Below, piece after piece: positions 27,826 through 36,576 of a DNA stretch of 51,294 bases. This stretch comes from Candidatus Woesebacteria bacterium (lineage in GTDB: Bacteria; Patescibacteriota; Microgenomatia; UBA8517). The notes below the pieces were generated by a model. The model saw only the letters and a list, made by a program, of their open reading frames with translations. It was not told the DNA's origin and ran no database searches. The stretch covers positions 183,920 to 235,213 of the forward strand of contig JAGUYM010000014.1 of the NCBI GenBank assembly GCA_020061305.1, read 5' to 3'. The position numbers and the translations under genes are program-made. Position 1 is the stretch's first letter, and every line of letters starts with the position of its first letter.

Positions 27826-28323
27826 ATGCTAACTAAAGATGAGCTGGATTATTTATCGAAAATTCCAAGAAACAAAAAAGTTTCAGTTAAGCCTTTTGAC
27901 CCACAAGCCAGAAGGGTAGGAGATTTGATTGTCTCCAAAATCAAAAAAGCTTTATCCGACCTCGAAGTTTTGTTTATGGGAGCAACTGCACTTGAGATTG
28001 CAGGACAAAATGATATTGATATTTATATGTTATCAGAACCTAGTAAATTTGGTGAACACTTACCAACTTTAGAAAAACTTTTTGGCAAACCTAAAAGTAC
28101 CTACGATACTTTTATTGAATGGTCGTTTACTGAGAACGGATATCCAATAGAACTCTATTTAACCGAACCACCCGAAAGACAAATTAGGGTCTATGAAATA
28201 CTCAAATCAAACAAAGAATTATTAAAAGAGTATGAGGATCTAAAACTTAAATTTAGTGACAAGAGTTTTAGAGATTATCAAAGAGCAAAATATGAATTTT
28301 ACAGTAAAATACTGAACCTTTGA
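27826..28323 (+). CDS. GrpB/UPF0157-like nucleotidyltransferase-fold protein (start re-called to 27826)
   Basis: GATALEIAGQNDIDI, YEDLKL...YQRAKYEF; TATAAT 6 nt before ATG. Confidence 0.7.
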   Translation: MLTKDELDYLSKIPRNKKVSVKPFDPQARRVGDLIVSKIKKALSDLEVLFMGATALEIAGQNDIDIYMLSEPSKFGEHLPTLEKLFGKPKSTYDTFIEWSFTENGYPIELYLTEPPERQIRVYEILKSNKELLKEYEDLKLKFSDKSFRDYQRAKYEFYSKILNL

Positions 28324-28329
28324 AGGATT

Positions 28330-28881
28330 CTAGATTTCTATCTCCTTCATTTCAAGGTTTGCCCAATCAATATATCTCCCAAGATCAAGAAATATTAACT
28401 GGTCATATTTTTCTCTTGCTGCAATAACGTCTAGCAAGTGCCTAAAAAATATTGCATGCCCTACAACTGCAATGCTGTCGTATTTGTCCTTTTGTTTTTT
28501 TAGAAATTTCAGGAATTTCTCTGCTCTTGCTTTAATCTCGTTGAAGCTCTCACTACCATCGTATTTCCAGTCTGGGTTTTTGCGATATTCCAAAAGCCCC
28601 CAATCCCAAAACTTTCTACTCTCTTCTCTACTTTTGCCATCTAAAGATTTGGGTCTGACATACTCATAGATATAATCAATAGTCTCATAGTTGCCTTCAC
28701 CAAAAACCAGATCTGCTGTTGCCGTAGCTCTTATTAATGGGGAGGAATAGACCTTATCTACTTTTAGATCTGAATAAAGTCCTTCTTCAATTGTAGATGC
28801 ATCTATTTTTGCATCAGGGTTTTGAGATTTTCCTTCTCCCGATTCAAGAGTTTTGGCATGGCGAATTAAATATAATTTCAT
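28330..28881 (-). CDS. Histidine phosphatase superfamily protein
   Basis: LYLIRHA.T, SSPLIRA.AT, ESFNEIKARA, VVGH. Confidence 0.88.
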   Translation of the reverse strand: MKLYLIRHAKTLESGEGKSQNPDAKIDASTIEEGLYSDLKVDKVYSSPLIRATATADLVFGEGNYETIDYIYEYVRPKSLDGKSREESRKFWDWGLLEYRKNPDWKYDGSESFNEIKARAEKFLKFLKKQKDKYDSIAVVGHAIFFRHLLDVIAAREKYDQLIFLDLGRYIDWANLEMKEIEI

Positions 28882-28952
28882 ATTGATAAAAGCTATTTTA
28901 TATCAAGCCTTAATCATTTTGAAGTGGATGTAGTAAAATTGAGGTTTGAATT

Positions 28953-29762
28953 ATGAAAAATAATAAATATGCATATGGAATAGACTTTGGAACCACAAAT
29001 TCCACCATAACGGCCATTACTAGGTCGGGTGAACCAATACGATTGGAGATTGATAACGAGGCCGAAAATAAGGCTGTTATGTGATCAGTCATTTGTATCA
29101 ATAACAATCATGAGTTTATATACGGTCAAAAAGCTGTTGCCACTTATGTAAAAGATATTGCTGAAGGTAGAGTCGCTAAAAGAAAGAGTATATTTACTGG
29201 AAAATATATAAAGATCTCTTCTCCAGCTGACGCAGGAGGTTTTAAGTAAGATCAGATAGTACCAGAAATTATTGAGATTGAAGAAGGTGAAGGAGGAAGA
29301 TTATTGCAGGCACTTAAAAGTATTTTAAGTAGCAAGTTCATATCAAATCTTAAAATTTTTGAAAAAGAATATTCAATAGAGGAACTTGTATCTTCATTCC
29401 TCAAGGAGATGGTTAGGTTCATCGCAAGAGTTCACAAATTAAAACCAAATAGAATTAGAGAGAAATTTTTACCCGCAAATTTTGCTTGCTTTAGCATCGA
29501 TGACTATCTAAAAAAATATTTTCAACAGTGTTACCTTAATTATATTGCAGCGGGTGAAGAATACAAAAAAAGATTAGAGTTAGTCAAAAAAATCATTGAC
29601 ATAGAATGGCTAGCAATCTATTTGTATTCGATGACTCCAGAAAAAATAAAGATTAGGAAATTTTCCGACAAGAACTTCGATGAGAGTGCCTACCTCAAAA
29701 CCCAATATCTCAAATTTCACAACAGGCTGAAAATCATAGAAAATGGCTTGCTGGCTGATTAG
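28953..29762 (+). pseudogene. Hsp70 (YegD-like) pseudogene with two in-frame stops and an apparently unrelated tail
   Basis: YGIDFGTTNS; TGA 29082 and TAA 29247 in the same frame; GRLLQALKSIL; Hsp70 similarity ends near 29410. Confidence 0.8.
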
Positions 29763-29764
29763 TT

Positions 29765-30350
29765 TCAGCTGATTAACCTCAACAAAAACGGTACAATTCT
29801 GATTGTGGGGAGTTTGTATCTGTAGACAACTTTGTAGTAAGTGGTTCTGAATATTTTGGTTTTTTCTTCAAGTCTTTGATTAAATTTCTGGTCATTTTTG
29901 ATATCTGTCAGGAAATTGCCTGCAGCACGTTCTATGGACGGGAAAAGAAGCTGGTTTTGATAGTCTTCCCTGGCAGTTGAGTATTCATCTTGTTTTTCTT
30001 CAATTAGCTTTAGAAGTTTTTTTCAACCTCCAAGTAGATTTTAATTTGGCAGGTATTCTTTGGTATGGAGATTTTGGTCTTTGACCGAGGATTATAAACT
30101 CCTCAAGGCATTTGTTTTGAAAATCCATTATCTGGGAGAGCCTTTTAATGATACTCACCAATTTTCTTTTCTTATATTTTTCTTTGAGAAAAGAAGCTAT
30201 TGTTTCTCCAGAGTAGGAATGGCAAAAAAGAAACTCTTAACTCTTCATAATCATCCTTGATCATTTTTTTGTCGACAACGATAAGCTTATTTGGTACGAA
30301 TCTCTGTTCTGTCCCAAAAATATCCTTATAACTCAGCCCCGAAAAGGTTT
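29765..30350 (-). pseudogene. Decayed hypothetical gene (bounds approximate)
   Basis: Protein-like frame SYKDIFGTEQRFVPNK... broken by several stops and one frameshift; open C-terminal piece ending YKLPTIRIVPFLLRLIS*. Confidence 0.45.
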
Positions 30351-30513
30351 AATCTAACTAGTATAAACTGGTCGTTATCAGTACACGAAACAGGGATTCG
30401 AACGGAGGCTAATTGAAGCTAAATTTTGGTTATAATCCTCGCCTTTGAAAACAGCACTTTTGGAGGAAAACACGGGTTTTTCGAGAGAGTATGGTCACTA
30501 GAGGTGCATATAC

Positions 30514-30587
30514 TGGCTGCGGAGCTTGGGGTTGAACCAAGATACCATCCTCCAGAGGGATGAGTCCTGCCATTAGACGACTCCGCA
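30514..30587 (-). tRNA. tRNA-Gln(CUG), CCA encoded
   Basis: Cloverleaf TGCGGAG/CTCCGCA, anticodon arm CATCC-CTCTGGA-GGATG, T arm CTTGG-TTCAACC-CCAAG; TGATATAAT upstream. Confidence 0.95.
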
Positions 30588-30697
30588 TTGATCTTAACTA
30601 GATTATTATATCAGTCAAATGCTTTTTTGGTATTATTTGGTAATATTAGGCAATATTTGACACTTATGAATATACTATCAAAATAATTTTCACTTTA

Positions 30698-31036
30698 TTA
30701 TATTATTTTTGGTATAAACAAAAGACCTGCAATAATTATGGAAGTTATCGAAGCGAATAATACAACTGCTGCAGAAATATCTTTAATTTGTCTTGCCAAC
30801 TCTGTTTTTTCTAAAGAGTGAAGGTCAACAAGTTTTTCAATTGCTGTATTTATCATTTCAAAAGTTATCACAAAAAATATAGTTAGAATCAAGATTGCAA
30901 CTTCTTGCTTTGAAAATTCAAAAAAATATGCAAAAATTAAAACAAGCAAGGCAAAAAGAAAATGAACGCTCAAATTGGGTTCAGATTTCAACGCATCAAT
31001 AATTCCTTGGAGAGCATATTTAAAACTTTTTGTCAT
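30698..31036 (-). CDS. dgkA: DgkA-family diacylglycerol/undecaprenol kinase
   Basis: SFKYALQGI, EMINTAIEKLVD, KDISAAVV. Confidence 0.85.
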   Translation of the reverse strand: MTKSFKYALQGIIDALKSEPNLSVHFLFALLVLIFAYFFEFSKQEVAILILTIFFVITFEMINTAIEKLVDLHSLEKTELARQIKDISAAVVLFASITSIIIAGLLFIPKII

Positions 31037-31037
31037 A

Positions 31038-31063
31038 GTTTAAGTATATCGTTTAAGTATATC
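31038..31063. repeat. Exact 13-bp tandem duplication in a 32-bp divergent gap
   Basis: GTTTAAGTATATC x2. Confidence 0.9.
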
Positions 31064-31068
31064 AAAAT

Positions 31069-31527
31069 ATGATAACTTTTTTTGCAAGTGTTTTAATTTG
31101 GTTAATGTTTTTCGGGCTTGTGGTTTTGTGGATTATTGACGGCAAACACAAAAAAGAAATTGTAATACATGCCTTGTTTGCTTGTTTTTTTGCCTGGGTG
31201 ATTTCTGAAAGTATTAAACATTTTTTCCCAACCTTAAGACCTTATGCGGTTAACGGACTTGACCCTTTAACATTGACTATTCCCATTGATGGGGCTTTCC
31301 CTTCAAGCCATACTGCGGTTAGTGTTGCTTTGGCAGTTTCAATTTTTAAGCACAACAGAAAAATAGGGATGTTATATATAGTAATGGCAGGTTTTGTCGG
31401 AATTGCAAGAATAATGGCGTATGTTCATTATCCATTAGATATAATTGGTGGAGCAGTTATTGGAGTGATAATCGCACCCTTGACATCTAGCAGACACTTT
31501 GCTAGACTGCTAAGTAATAATGATTAG
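31069..31527 (+). CDS. PAP2-family phosphatase (BcrC-like)
   Basis: IKHFFPTLRP, FPSSH, ARIMAYVHYPLD. Confidence 0.88.
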   Translation: MITFFASVLIWLMFFGLVVLWIIDGKHKKEIVIHALFACFFAWVISESIKHFFPTLRPYAVNGLDPLTLTIPIDGAFPSSHTAVSVALAVSIFKHNRKIGMLYIVMAGFVGIARIMAYVHYPLDIIGGAVIGVIIAPLTSSRHFARLLSNND

Positions 31528-33883
31528 AAGTATTCCAATTGTTCCAATTAGAGGGTCGGTAGTTTTTCCCCACACAGATGTTTTGCTATCATTTATCAGA
31601 CCAAATGCGGTAGCTGCTGCCGACGATGCTTTCAAAAAAGACAGGGTGGTTGCTATTTTTGCCCAGAAAGACTCAAGGATAAATGATCCTACAAGAAACG
31701 ATTTGTATGAAATAGGAACATTGGTAACGATAACACAACTTATGCCCTCAGAGGACGGTGTTCATGCTTTGGTTCATGGTCATTCCAGGATAAGGCTTAA
31801 GGAAATTGTTTCCAATATTCCATTTGCTGTTGGGGTAGTTGAGGAAGTAGACGAGAATATTGAACCATCTCCCGAGATTTCGGCACTTTCAAGAACACTT
31901 TCCGATCAATTTAAAGTCCTTTTGTCGATGGGTAAAAATGTTGAGGTTATGTCAATTGTAAAACTAATTGGTGAGAATACTAACCCCTCAGAATTAACGG
32001 ACCAAATAGCTGGGGTTTTGGATTTAAAGCTTAATGAAAAACAAATTCTTCTTGAAACAACACCCATTCTTGAGAGGATGAAGAAAACCAACGACTTTTT
32101 AGCCAGGGAAATAAATATACTTCGGATTGAAAAGGAAATATTAACTAAGACTGAAATGCAATTTAATGAAAACATGAAGAGAAATATCCTAAGGGAAAGA
32201 AAAAGGGCAATAGACAAGGAATTGGGTCAGATGGGAGATGAAGAAAAAGTTGGGGATATCCCTTCGGAAGAAGTTAAGGAATATAAAAAGAAAATAATGG
32301 AGGCTAAAATGCCAAAAGAAGTTGAAGAAAAAGCCTTGAAAGAACTTGAAAAGTTTTCCAAAATGAGTTCATACAATCCAGAGTCGGGTTTTTTGAGAAA
32401 TTATTTGGATTGGTTATGTGATATGCCTTGGGATAAGTTAAGCCCAAATAATGTGGTTATTGCAAAGGCGGCGAAAATAATGGAAGAAAAGCACTACGGA
32501 CTCCCCAAAACTAAAGAAAGAATTTTGGAATATCTGGCAGTAATGAAACTTCTTGAAAAGAGGAGGAAGTCAAATACAAAAGATAGGTATCAACCAACAA
32601 TTTTATGTTTCATTGGTCCTCCAGGTGTTGGAAAAACCTCAATAGGTAGAGCAATCGCAGAAGCTATGGGAAGAAAATTCGTAAGAGTATCTTTAGGTGG
32701 GATTCGTGATGAGGCAGAAATTCGAGGCCATAGAAGAACGTATGTGGGGGCACTTCCAGGACGAATTGTCCAAGGAATAAAACAGGCTGGAACCAGAAAT
32801 CCCGTATTTATGTTAGATGAGATTGATAAAGTTGGATATGATTTTAGGGGAGACCCAAGTTCGGCTCTTCTTGAGGCACTTGACCCAGAACAAAATAGGG
32901 AATTTTCAGACCACTATTTAGAAGTTCCATTTGATTTGTCTGAAGTCTTTTTTATTGCAACTGGAAATGTTCTAGATACCATCCCTCAAGCCTTAAGGGA
33001 CAGGATGGAAATTATACAATTCTCAGGTTACACTGAGGATGAAAAATTTGAAATTGCGAAAAAGTTTATAATTCCAAAACAAATTAAAAATCATGGATTG
33101 GATGACATAAAGTTTTCGATTTCAGATTCCAGTATTAAGACCATGATATCAAGATATACAAGAGAAGCAGGAGTTAGAAATTTGGAAAGACAGATATCAA
33201 CAGTTGCTAGAAAAATAGCCAAACTTGTGGCTCAGAAAAAAACATATCCGAAAGTTATCACTAATGCACATTTATTAAAATATCTAGGTCCGTATAGATA
33301 CACTGCATTGGCCGCAGAAAAAAAAGATGAAATAGGAATGTCAACAGGACTTGCAGTTACAAACTCAGGTGGAGAAATATTGTTTATTGAGGTTTCAATA
33401 ATGCCGGGAAGGGGAAGACTTACGCTAACGGGCCAGCTTGGGGATGTGATGAAGGAGTCAGCACAAGCGGCATTTACATGGACAAGGGCAAATTATAAGT
33501 TACTAGGACTTTCGGCTAATTTTTCTCAAAAAATTGATGTTCATATCCATGTTCCAGAGGGGGCAGTACCAAAAGATGGTCCTTCGGCAGGAACTGCAAT
33601 CACAACCGCTCTTGTTTCAGCATTAACCAAAACTGCGTCAAAAAGAGACACGGGGATGACAGGAGAAATAACCCTAAGGGGAAAAGTTACTGAAATTGGT
33701 GGGGTAAAAGAAAAAACAATTGCAGGCCATAGAGCGGGATTAAAAACAATAATTCTCCCAAAGGATAATAAAAAAGATATGGTTGATGTACCAAAAAGTG
33801 TTAAAGAAGACATTAAGTTTGTTTATGCGACACAGATTGAAGATGTTCTCTCCCACACACTCACTAAATGGCCCATAAAATAA
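31520..33883 (+). CDS. lon: Lon protease
   Basis: GPPGVGKTS, HRRTYVGALPG, PKDGPSAG, IGGVKEK. Confidence 0.97.
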   Translation: MIRSIPIVPIRGSVVFPHTDVLLSFIRPNAVAAADDAFKKDRVVAIFAQKDSRINDPTRNDLYEIGTLVTITQLMPSEDGVHALVHGHSRIRLKEIVSNIPFAVGVVEEVDENIEPSPEISALSRTLSDQFKVLLSMGKNVEVMSIVKLIGENTNPSELTDQIAGVLDLKLNEKQILLETTPILERMKKTNDFLAREINILRIEKEILTKTEMQFNENMKRNILRERKRAIDKELGQMGDEEKVGDIPSEEVKEYKKKIMEAKMPKEVEEKALKELEKFSKMSSYNPESGFLRNYLDWLCDMPWDKLSPNNVVIAKAAKIMEEKHYGLPKTKERILEYLAVMKLLEKRRKSNTKDRYQPTILCFIGPPGVGKTSIGRAIAEAMGRKFVRVSLGGIRDEAEIRGHRRTYVGALPGRIVQGIKQAGTRNPVFMLDEIDKVGYDFRGDPSSALLEALDPEQNREFSDHYLEVPFDLSEVFFIATGNVLDTIPQALRDRMEIIQFSGYTEDEKFEIAKKFIIPKQIKNHGLDDIKFSISDSSIKTMISRYTREAGVRNLERQISTVARKIAKLVAQKKTYPKVITNAHLLKYLGPYRYTALAAEKKDEIGMSTGLAVTNSGGEILFIEVSIMPGRGRLTLTGQLGDVMKESAQAAFTWTRANYKLLGLSANFSQKIDVHIHVPEGAVPKDGPSAGTAITTALVSALTKTASKRDTGMTGEITLRGKVTEIGGVKEKTIAGHRAGLKTIILPKDNKKDMVDVPKSVKEDIKFVYATQIEDVLSHTLTKWPIK

Positions 33884-33916
33884 TTTATTTGATATAATAC
33901 TCCTATTGTTAAAAAA

Positions 33917-33990
33917 GGCCCCGTCGTCTAGTGATCTAGGACACTTGGTTCTCATCCAAGAGATCATGAGTTTGAATCTCATCGGGGTCA
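33917..33990 (+). tRNA. tRNA-Glu(CUC), CCA not encoded, A19/U56 variant
   Basis: GGCCCCG/CGGGGTC acceptor, CTTGG-TTCTCAT-CCAAG anticodon arm, ATGAG-TTTGAAT-CTCAT T arm; TGATATAAT at 33890. Confidence 0.9.
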
Positions 33991-34062
33991 CACAAAGTGA
34001 TACTGTTCAGTTGATGTTGAGGATATTAAAAACATTAATGAAATTATTATAAGTATTTTTGC

Positions 34063-34091
34063 TTGACAACATGGTGTTCTGGAGGTACACT
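34063..34091 (+). promoter_or_regulatory. greA promoter
   Basis: TTGACA-17-TACACT. Confidence 0.8.
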
Positions 34092-34118
34092 TTAAACCTA
34101 ATTATATAAAATTAGTAT

Positions 34119-34172
34119 ATGACAAATCTTTCCAACATGTTTACTGTAATTAGCCTCATTAAGGCTAGGTAA
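34119..34172 (+). CDS. Putative greA leader peptide MTNLSNMFTVISLIKAR
   Basis: 17-codon uORF between promoter and terminator. Confidence 0.6.
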   Translation: MTNLSNMFTVISLIKAR

Positions 34173-34196
34173 TCTGTTGGGGAGAAGGTGGGCAAT

Positions 34197-34228
34197 ATCT
34201 CTCCAAATAGCAGGGGAGATTATTTTTT
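34197..34228 (+). terminator. Intrinsic terminator in greA leader
   Basis: ATCTCTCC-AAATAGCA-GGGGAGAT then TATTTTTT. Confidence 0.75.
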
Positions 34229-34247
34229 GTTAAAAATACATGAAAAC

Positions 34248-34700
34248 ATGAAAAAACAAATACAAGTAACACAAAAAGGATTGGATGCTTTAAAACAGGA
34301 ATTAGAAGAACTAATTAATTTCAAAAGGCCTGCACTTGTTGCCAGACTTTCTAATGCCAGAAGCCAAGGTGATCTGTCTGAAAATAGTGATTATCAAAAT
34401 GCTAGGGAGGAACTTGAGTTTATGGATGGAAGAATTGATGAACTTGAAGCTGTTATAAAAAATTCCGCAGTCGTTAGTGATGTTGATGGCGGTGGAATTG
34501 GTACAAAAGTAACAGTTAAAGTTAATGGGGCAATTCATACATTTGAGGTTGTTGGGGAATGGGAAGCCGATCCGTCAAAGAAAAAAATAAGCCACACTTC
34601 CCCACTTGGGAAAGCCTTAATAGGCAGAAAAGTGGGTGAAAAGTTTGATGTTGAAGCACCAGCAGGCAAGATTACATATGAAGTGGTGGCGATCGAGTAA
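34248..34700 (+). CDS. greA: Transcription elongation factor GreA (start re-called to 34248)
   Basis: ARSQGDLSENSDY, ISHTSPLGKAL, EAPAG. Confidence 0.96.
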   Translation: MKKQIQVTQKGLDALKQELEELINFKRPALVARLSNARSQGDLSENSDYQNAREELEFMDGRIDELEAVIKNSAVVSDVDGGGIGTKVTVKVNGAIHTFEVVGEWEADPSKKKISHTSPLGKALIGRKVGEKFDVEAPAGKITYEVVAIE

Positions 34701-34742
34701 TTTAAATCACCCAGTTTTTTTGCTAGAATCTTATTAGTCATA

Positions 34743-36185
34743 ATGAATACTACAGGAATTAGCGTAATTGAAGACAGATTAAACAAACTTAAAGCAATAG
34801 TAGATATGGGTATAGATCCATATCCTTCTATATTAAAATTTAAACGAGAGGAAATTAAGAAATCTTTAAAATCTTTTGGAGATAAAACCTCGGTTGCCGG
34901 TCGCTTAATGAGCTTGAGGAGCCATGGAAATGTGGTTTTTGCGGACATTGTTGATGAGTCAGGGAAAATCCAACTTTTTTTTCAGAAGAAAAATTTGAGA
35001 GAAAATTTTAAATTTTTAAAACTTATAGATCAGGGGGATTTTTTATCAGTTATTGGAAAAGTTATTAAAACAGTAGCAGGCGAGATATCTATTGATGTAG
35101 AAGATTTTCAGCTTCTAACAAAAACATTAAACCCCCTACCTTCAACATGGTTTGGATTAAAAGATGAAGAAGATAGGTATAGAAAAAGATATTTGGATCT
35201 TTTATTGAATGAAGATTTAAAAGATTTATTTAGGAAAAAGGCTGTTTTTTGGCAAAGCATGAGAGAGTTTTTAGTTAAAAAGGGTTTTCTTGAAGTTGAA
35301 ACTCCGGTTCTTGAAAATACCGCTGGGGGGGCTGATGCCAATCCTTTTGTTGCACACCACAATGCACTTGATATTGATTTATATTTAAGAATTTCTATGG
35401 GTGAACTATGGCAAAAAAGACTAATGGTGGCTGGTTTTGAAAAGACATTTGAGATAGGCAGACAGTTTAGAAACGAGGGAATAAGCAGAGAACATTTACA
35501 AGATTATTCACAAATGGAGTTTTATTGGGCCTATGCCAATTATGAAGATTCAATGAAATTAGTCGAAGAAATGTTTAAATATGTGGCCAAAGAAACATTT
35601 GGGAAATTGACATTTAAAATAAATGGAAATAGTGTTAATTTGGAAAAACCATGGGAGAAAATTGACTACACTGAAACAATTTTGAATAAAACTGGTGTAG
35701 ATATTGGAAAAGTTAACAGTCAAGAACTAAAAGACGAATTAATTAAAAGAAAAATAAAATTTGAAAAAAATGATGATAGTGGAAGGCTTATCGATTTATT
35801 GTGGAAATCAATTAGAAAAGAGATAGTTGGGCCTGTATTTTTGGTTGGCCATCCGGTTGAAGTATCACCTCTAGCTAAGAGAATGAAAGATAGCCCTAGG
35901 TTTGTGGAAAGATATCAGGTGATACTGGCGGGTAGCGAAATGGGTAATGGATATTCGGAGTTAAATGACCCAATTGATCAAGAAGAAAGATTTAAAAAAC
36001 AACAAGAGTTAAGGGATAAGGGAGATGAAGATGCACAGATGCATGATTATGATTTTGTGGAGGCGCTAAAATATGGTATGCCGCCAGTTACTGGGTTTGG
36101 AGTATCTGAAAGATTGTTTTCTTTTTTAGCTGATAAACCAATTAGGGAGGCTGTCCTTTTTCCGTTGTTAAGACCTGTTAAATAA
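34743..36185 (+). CDS. lysS: Lysyl-tRNA synthetase, class II
   Basis: RYRKRYLDL, GGADANPF.AHHNALD, FRNEG, YGMPP.TG.G. Confidence 0.96.
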   Translation: MNTTGISVIEDRLNKLKAIVDMGIDPYPSILKFKREEIKKSLKSFGDKTSVAGRLMSLRSHGNVVFADIVDESGKIQLFFQKKNLRENFKFLKLIDQGDFLSVIGKVIKTVAGEISIDVEDFQLLTKTLNPLPSTWFGLKDEEDRYRKRYLDLLLNEDLKDLFRKKAVFWQSMREFLVKKGFLEVETPVLENTAGGADANPFVAHHNALDIDLYLRISMGELWQKRLMVAGFEKTFEIGRQFRNEGISREHLQDYSQMEFYWAYANYEDSMKLVEEMFKYVAKETFGKLTFKINGNSVNLEKPWEKIDYTETILNKTGVDIGKVNSQELKDELIKRKIKFEKNDDSGRLIDLLWKSIRKEIVGPVFLVGHPVEVSPLAKRMKDSPRFVERYQVILAGSEMGNGYSELNDPIDQEERFKKQQELRDKGDEDAQMHDYDFVEALKYGMPPVTGFGVSERLFSFLADKPIREAVLFPLLRPVK

Positions 36186-36231
36186 TTTTAGGTATTGAAA
36201 TTTATTCAGAATGGTCTAGAATTGCTAGAAT

Positions 36232-36576
36232 ATGGCCAAGAAAAGAACCCCAAAAACTATAAAAACAGTAAAAGTATCAAACTTGATGAGGGCTTTGTCC
36301 GTTGAGGAATTAAGAGATCAAGTTAAAGAACTTCGAGCGGAAATGACCCGCTACATAATTGAGTCAATTGCGGTTTCTATTTTGGGCCTACTTCTTTTTA
36401 TTGGTGCTCCGTCAGTTTTTCCAACAATTATTGATCCTTATAATCCAAATTCTTTAAAAATTATGCAGGGAGTTATAGCTATTCCTACAGTTTTTTGGGT
36501 TTTAACGGTTCTTGGAAACATGGTTAGATATTTTAAAATTTTAAGACTTAAAGCTCAACTTCGAAATCAAAAATGA
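36232..36576 (+). CDS. Small two-TM hypothetical protein
   Basis: ORF with TTGAAA-16-TAGAAT promoter 9 nt upstream. Confidence 0.75.
   Translation: MAKKRTPKTIKTVKVSNLMRALSVEELRDQVKELRAEMTRYIIESIAVSILGLLLFIGAPSVFPTIIDPYNPNSLKIMQGVIAIPTVFWVLTVLGNMVRYFKILRLKAQLRNQK

Larger units (their letters stand above)
34119..34228 (+). promoter_or_regulatory. Leader-peptide transcription attenuator of greA
   Basis: 1:2 stem 34127-34137/34175-34185, 2:3 stem 34177-34185/34198-34206, 3:4 stem 34197-34204/34213-34220. Confidence 0.72.

Noticed and set aside
29082-29084. In-frame TGA as evidence for UGA recoding (code 25)
   Set aside because: The same frame also has TAA; genes such as ftsX, prfB-upstream neighbours and HxlR-region ORFs end normally, several with TGA, and RF2 is present
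30381-30410. GTTCGAATCCC T-loop-like motif on the minus strand, downstream of tRNA-Gln
   Set aside because: Flanks do not form a T stem or cloverleaf and do not match the tRNA-Gln 3' end; not callable as tRNA or att site
29765-30500. Integrase or recombinase remnant next to the tRNA
   Set aside because: No tyrosine- or serine-recombinase motifs in the frames I translated
30658-30690. TTGACA on the plus strand, antisense to dgkA
   Set aside because: No properly spaced -10 box
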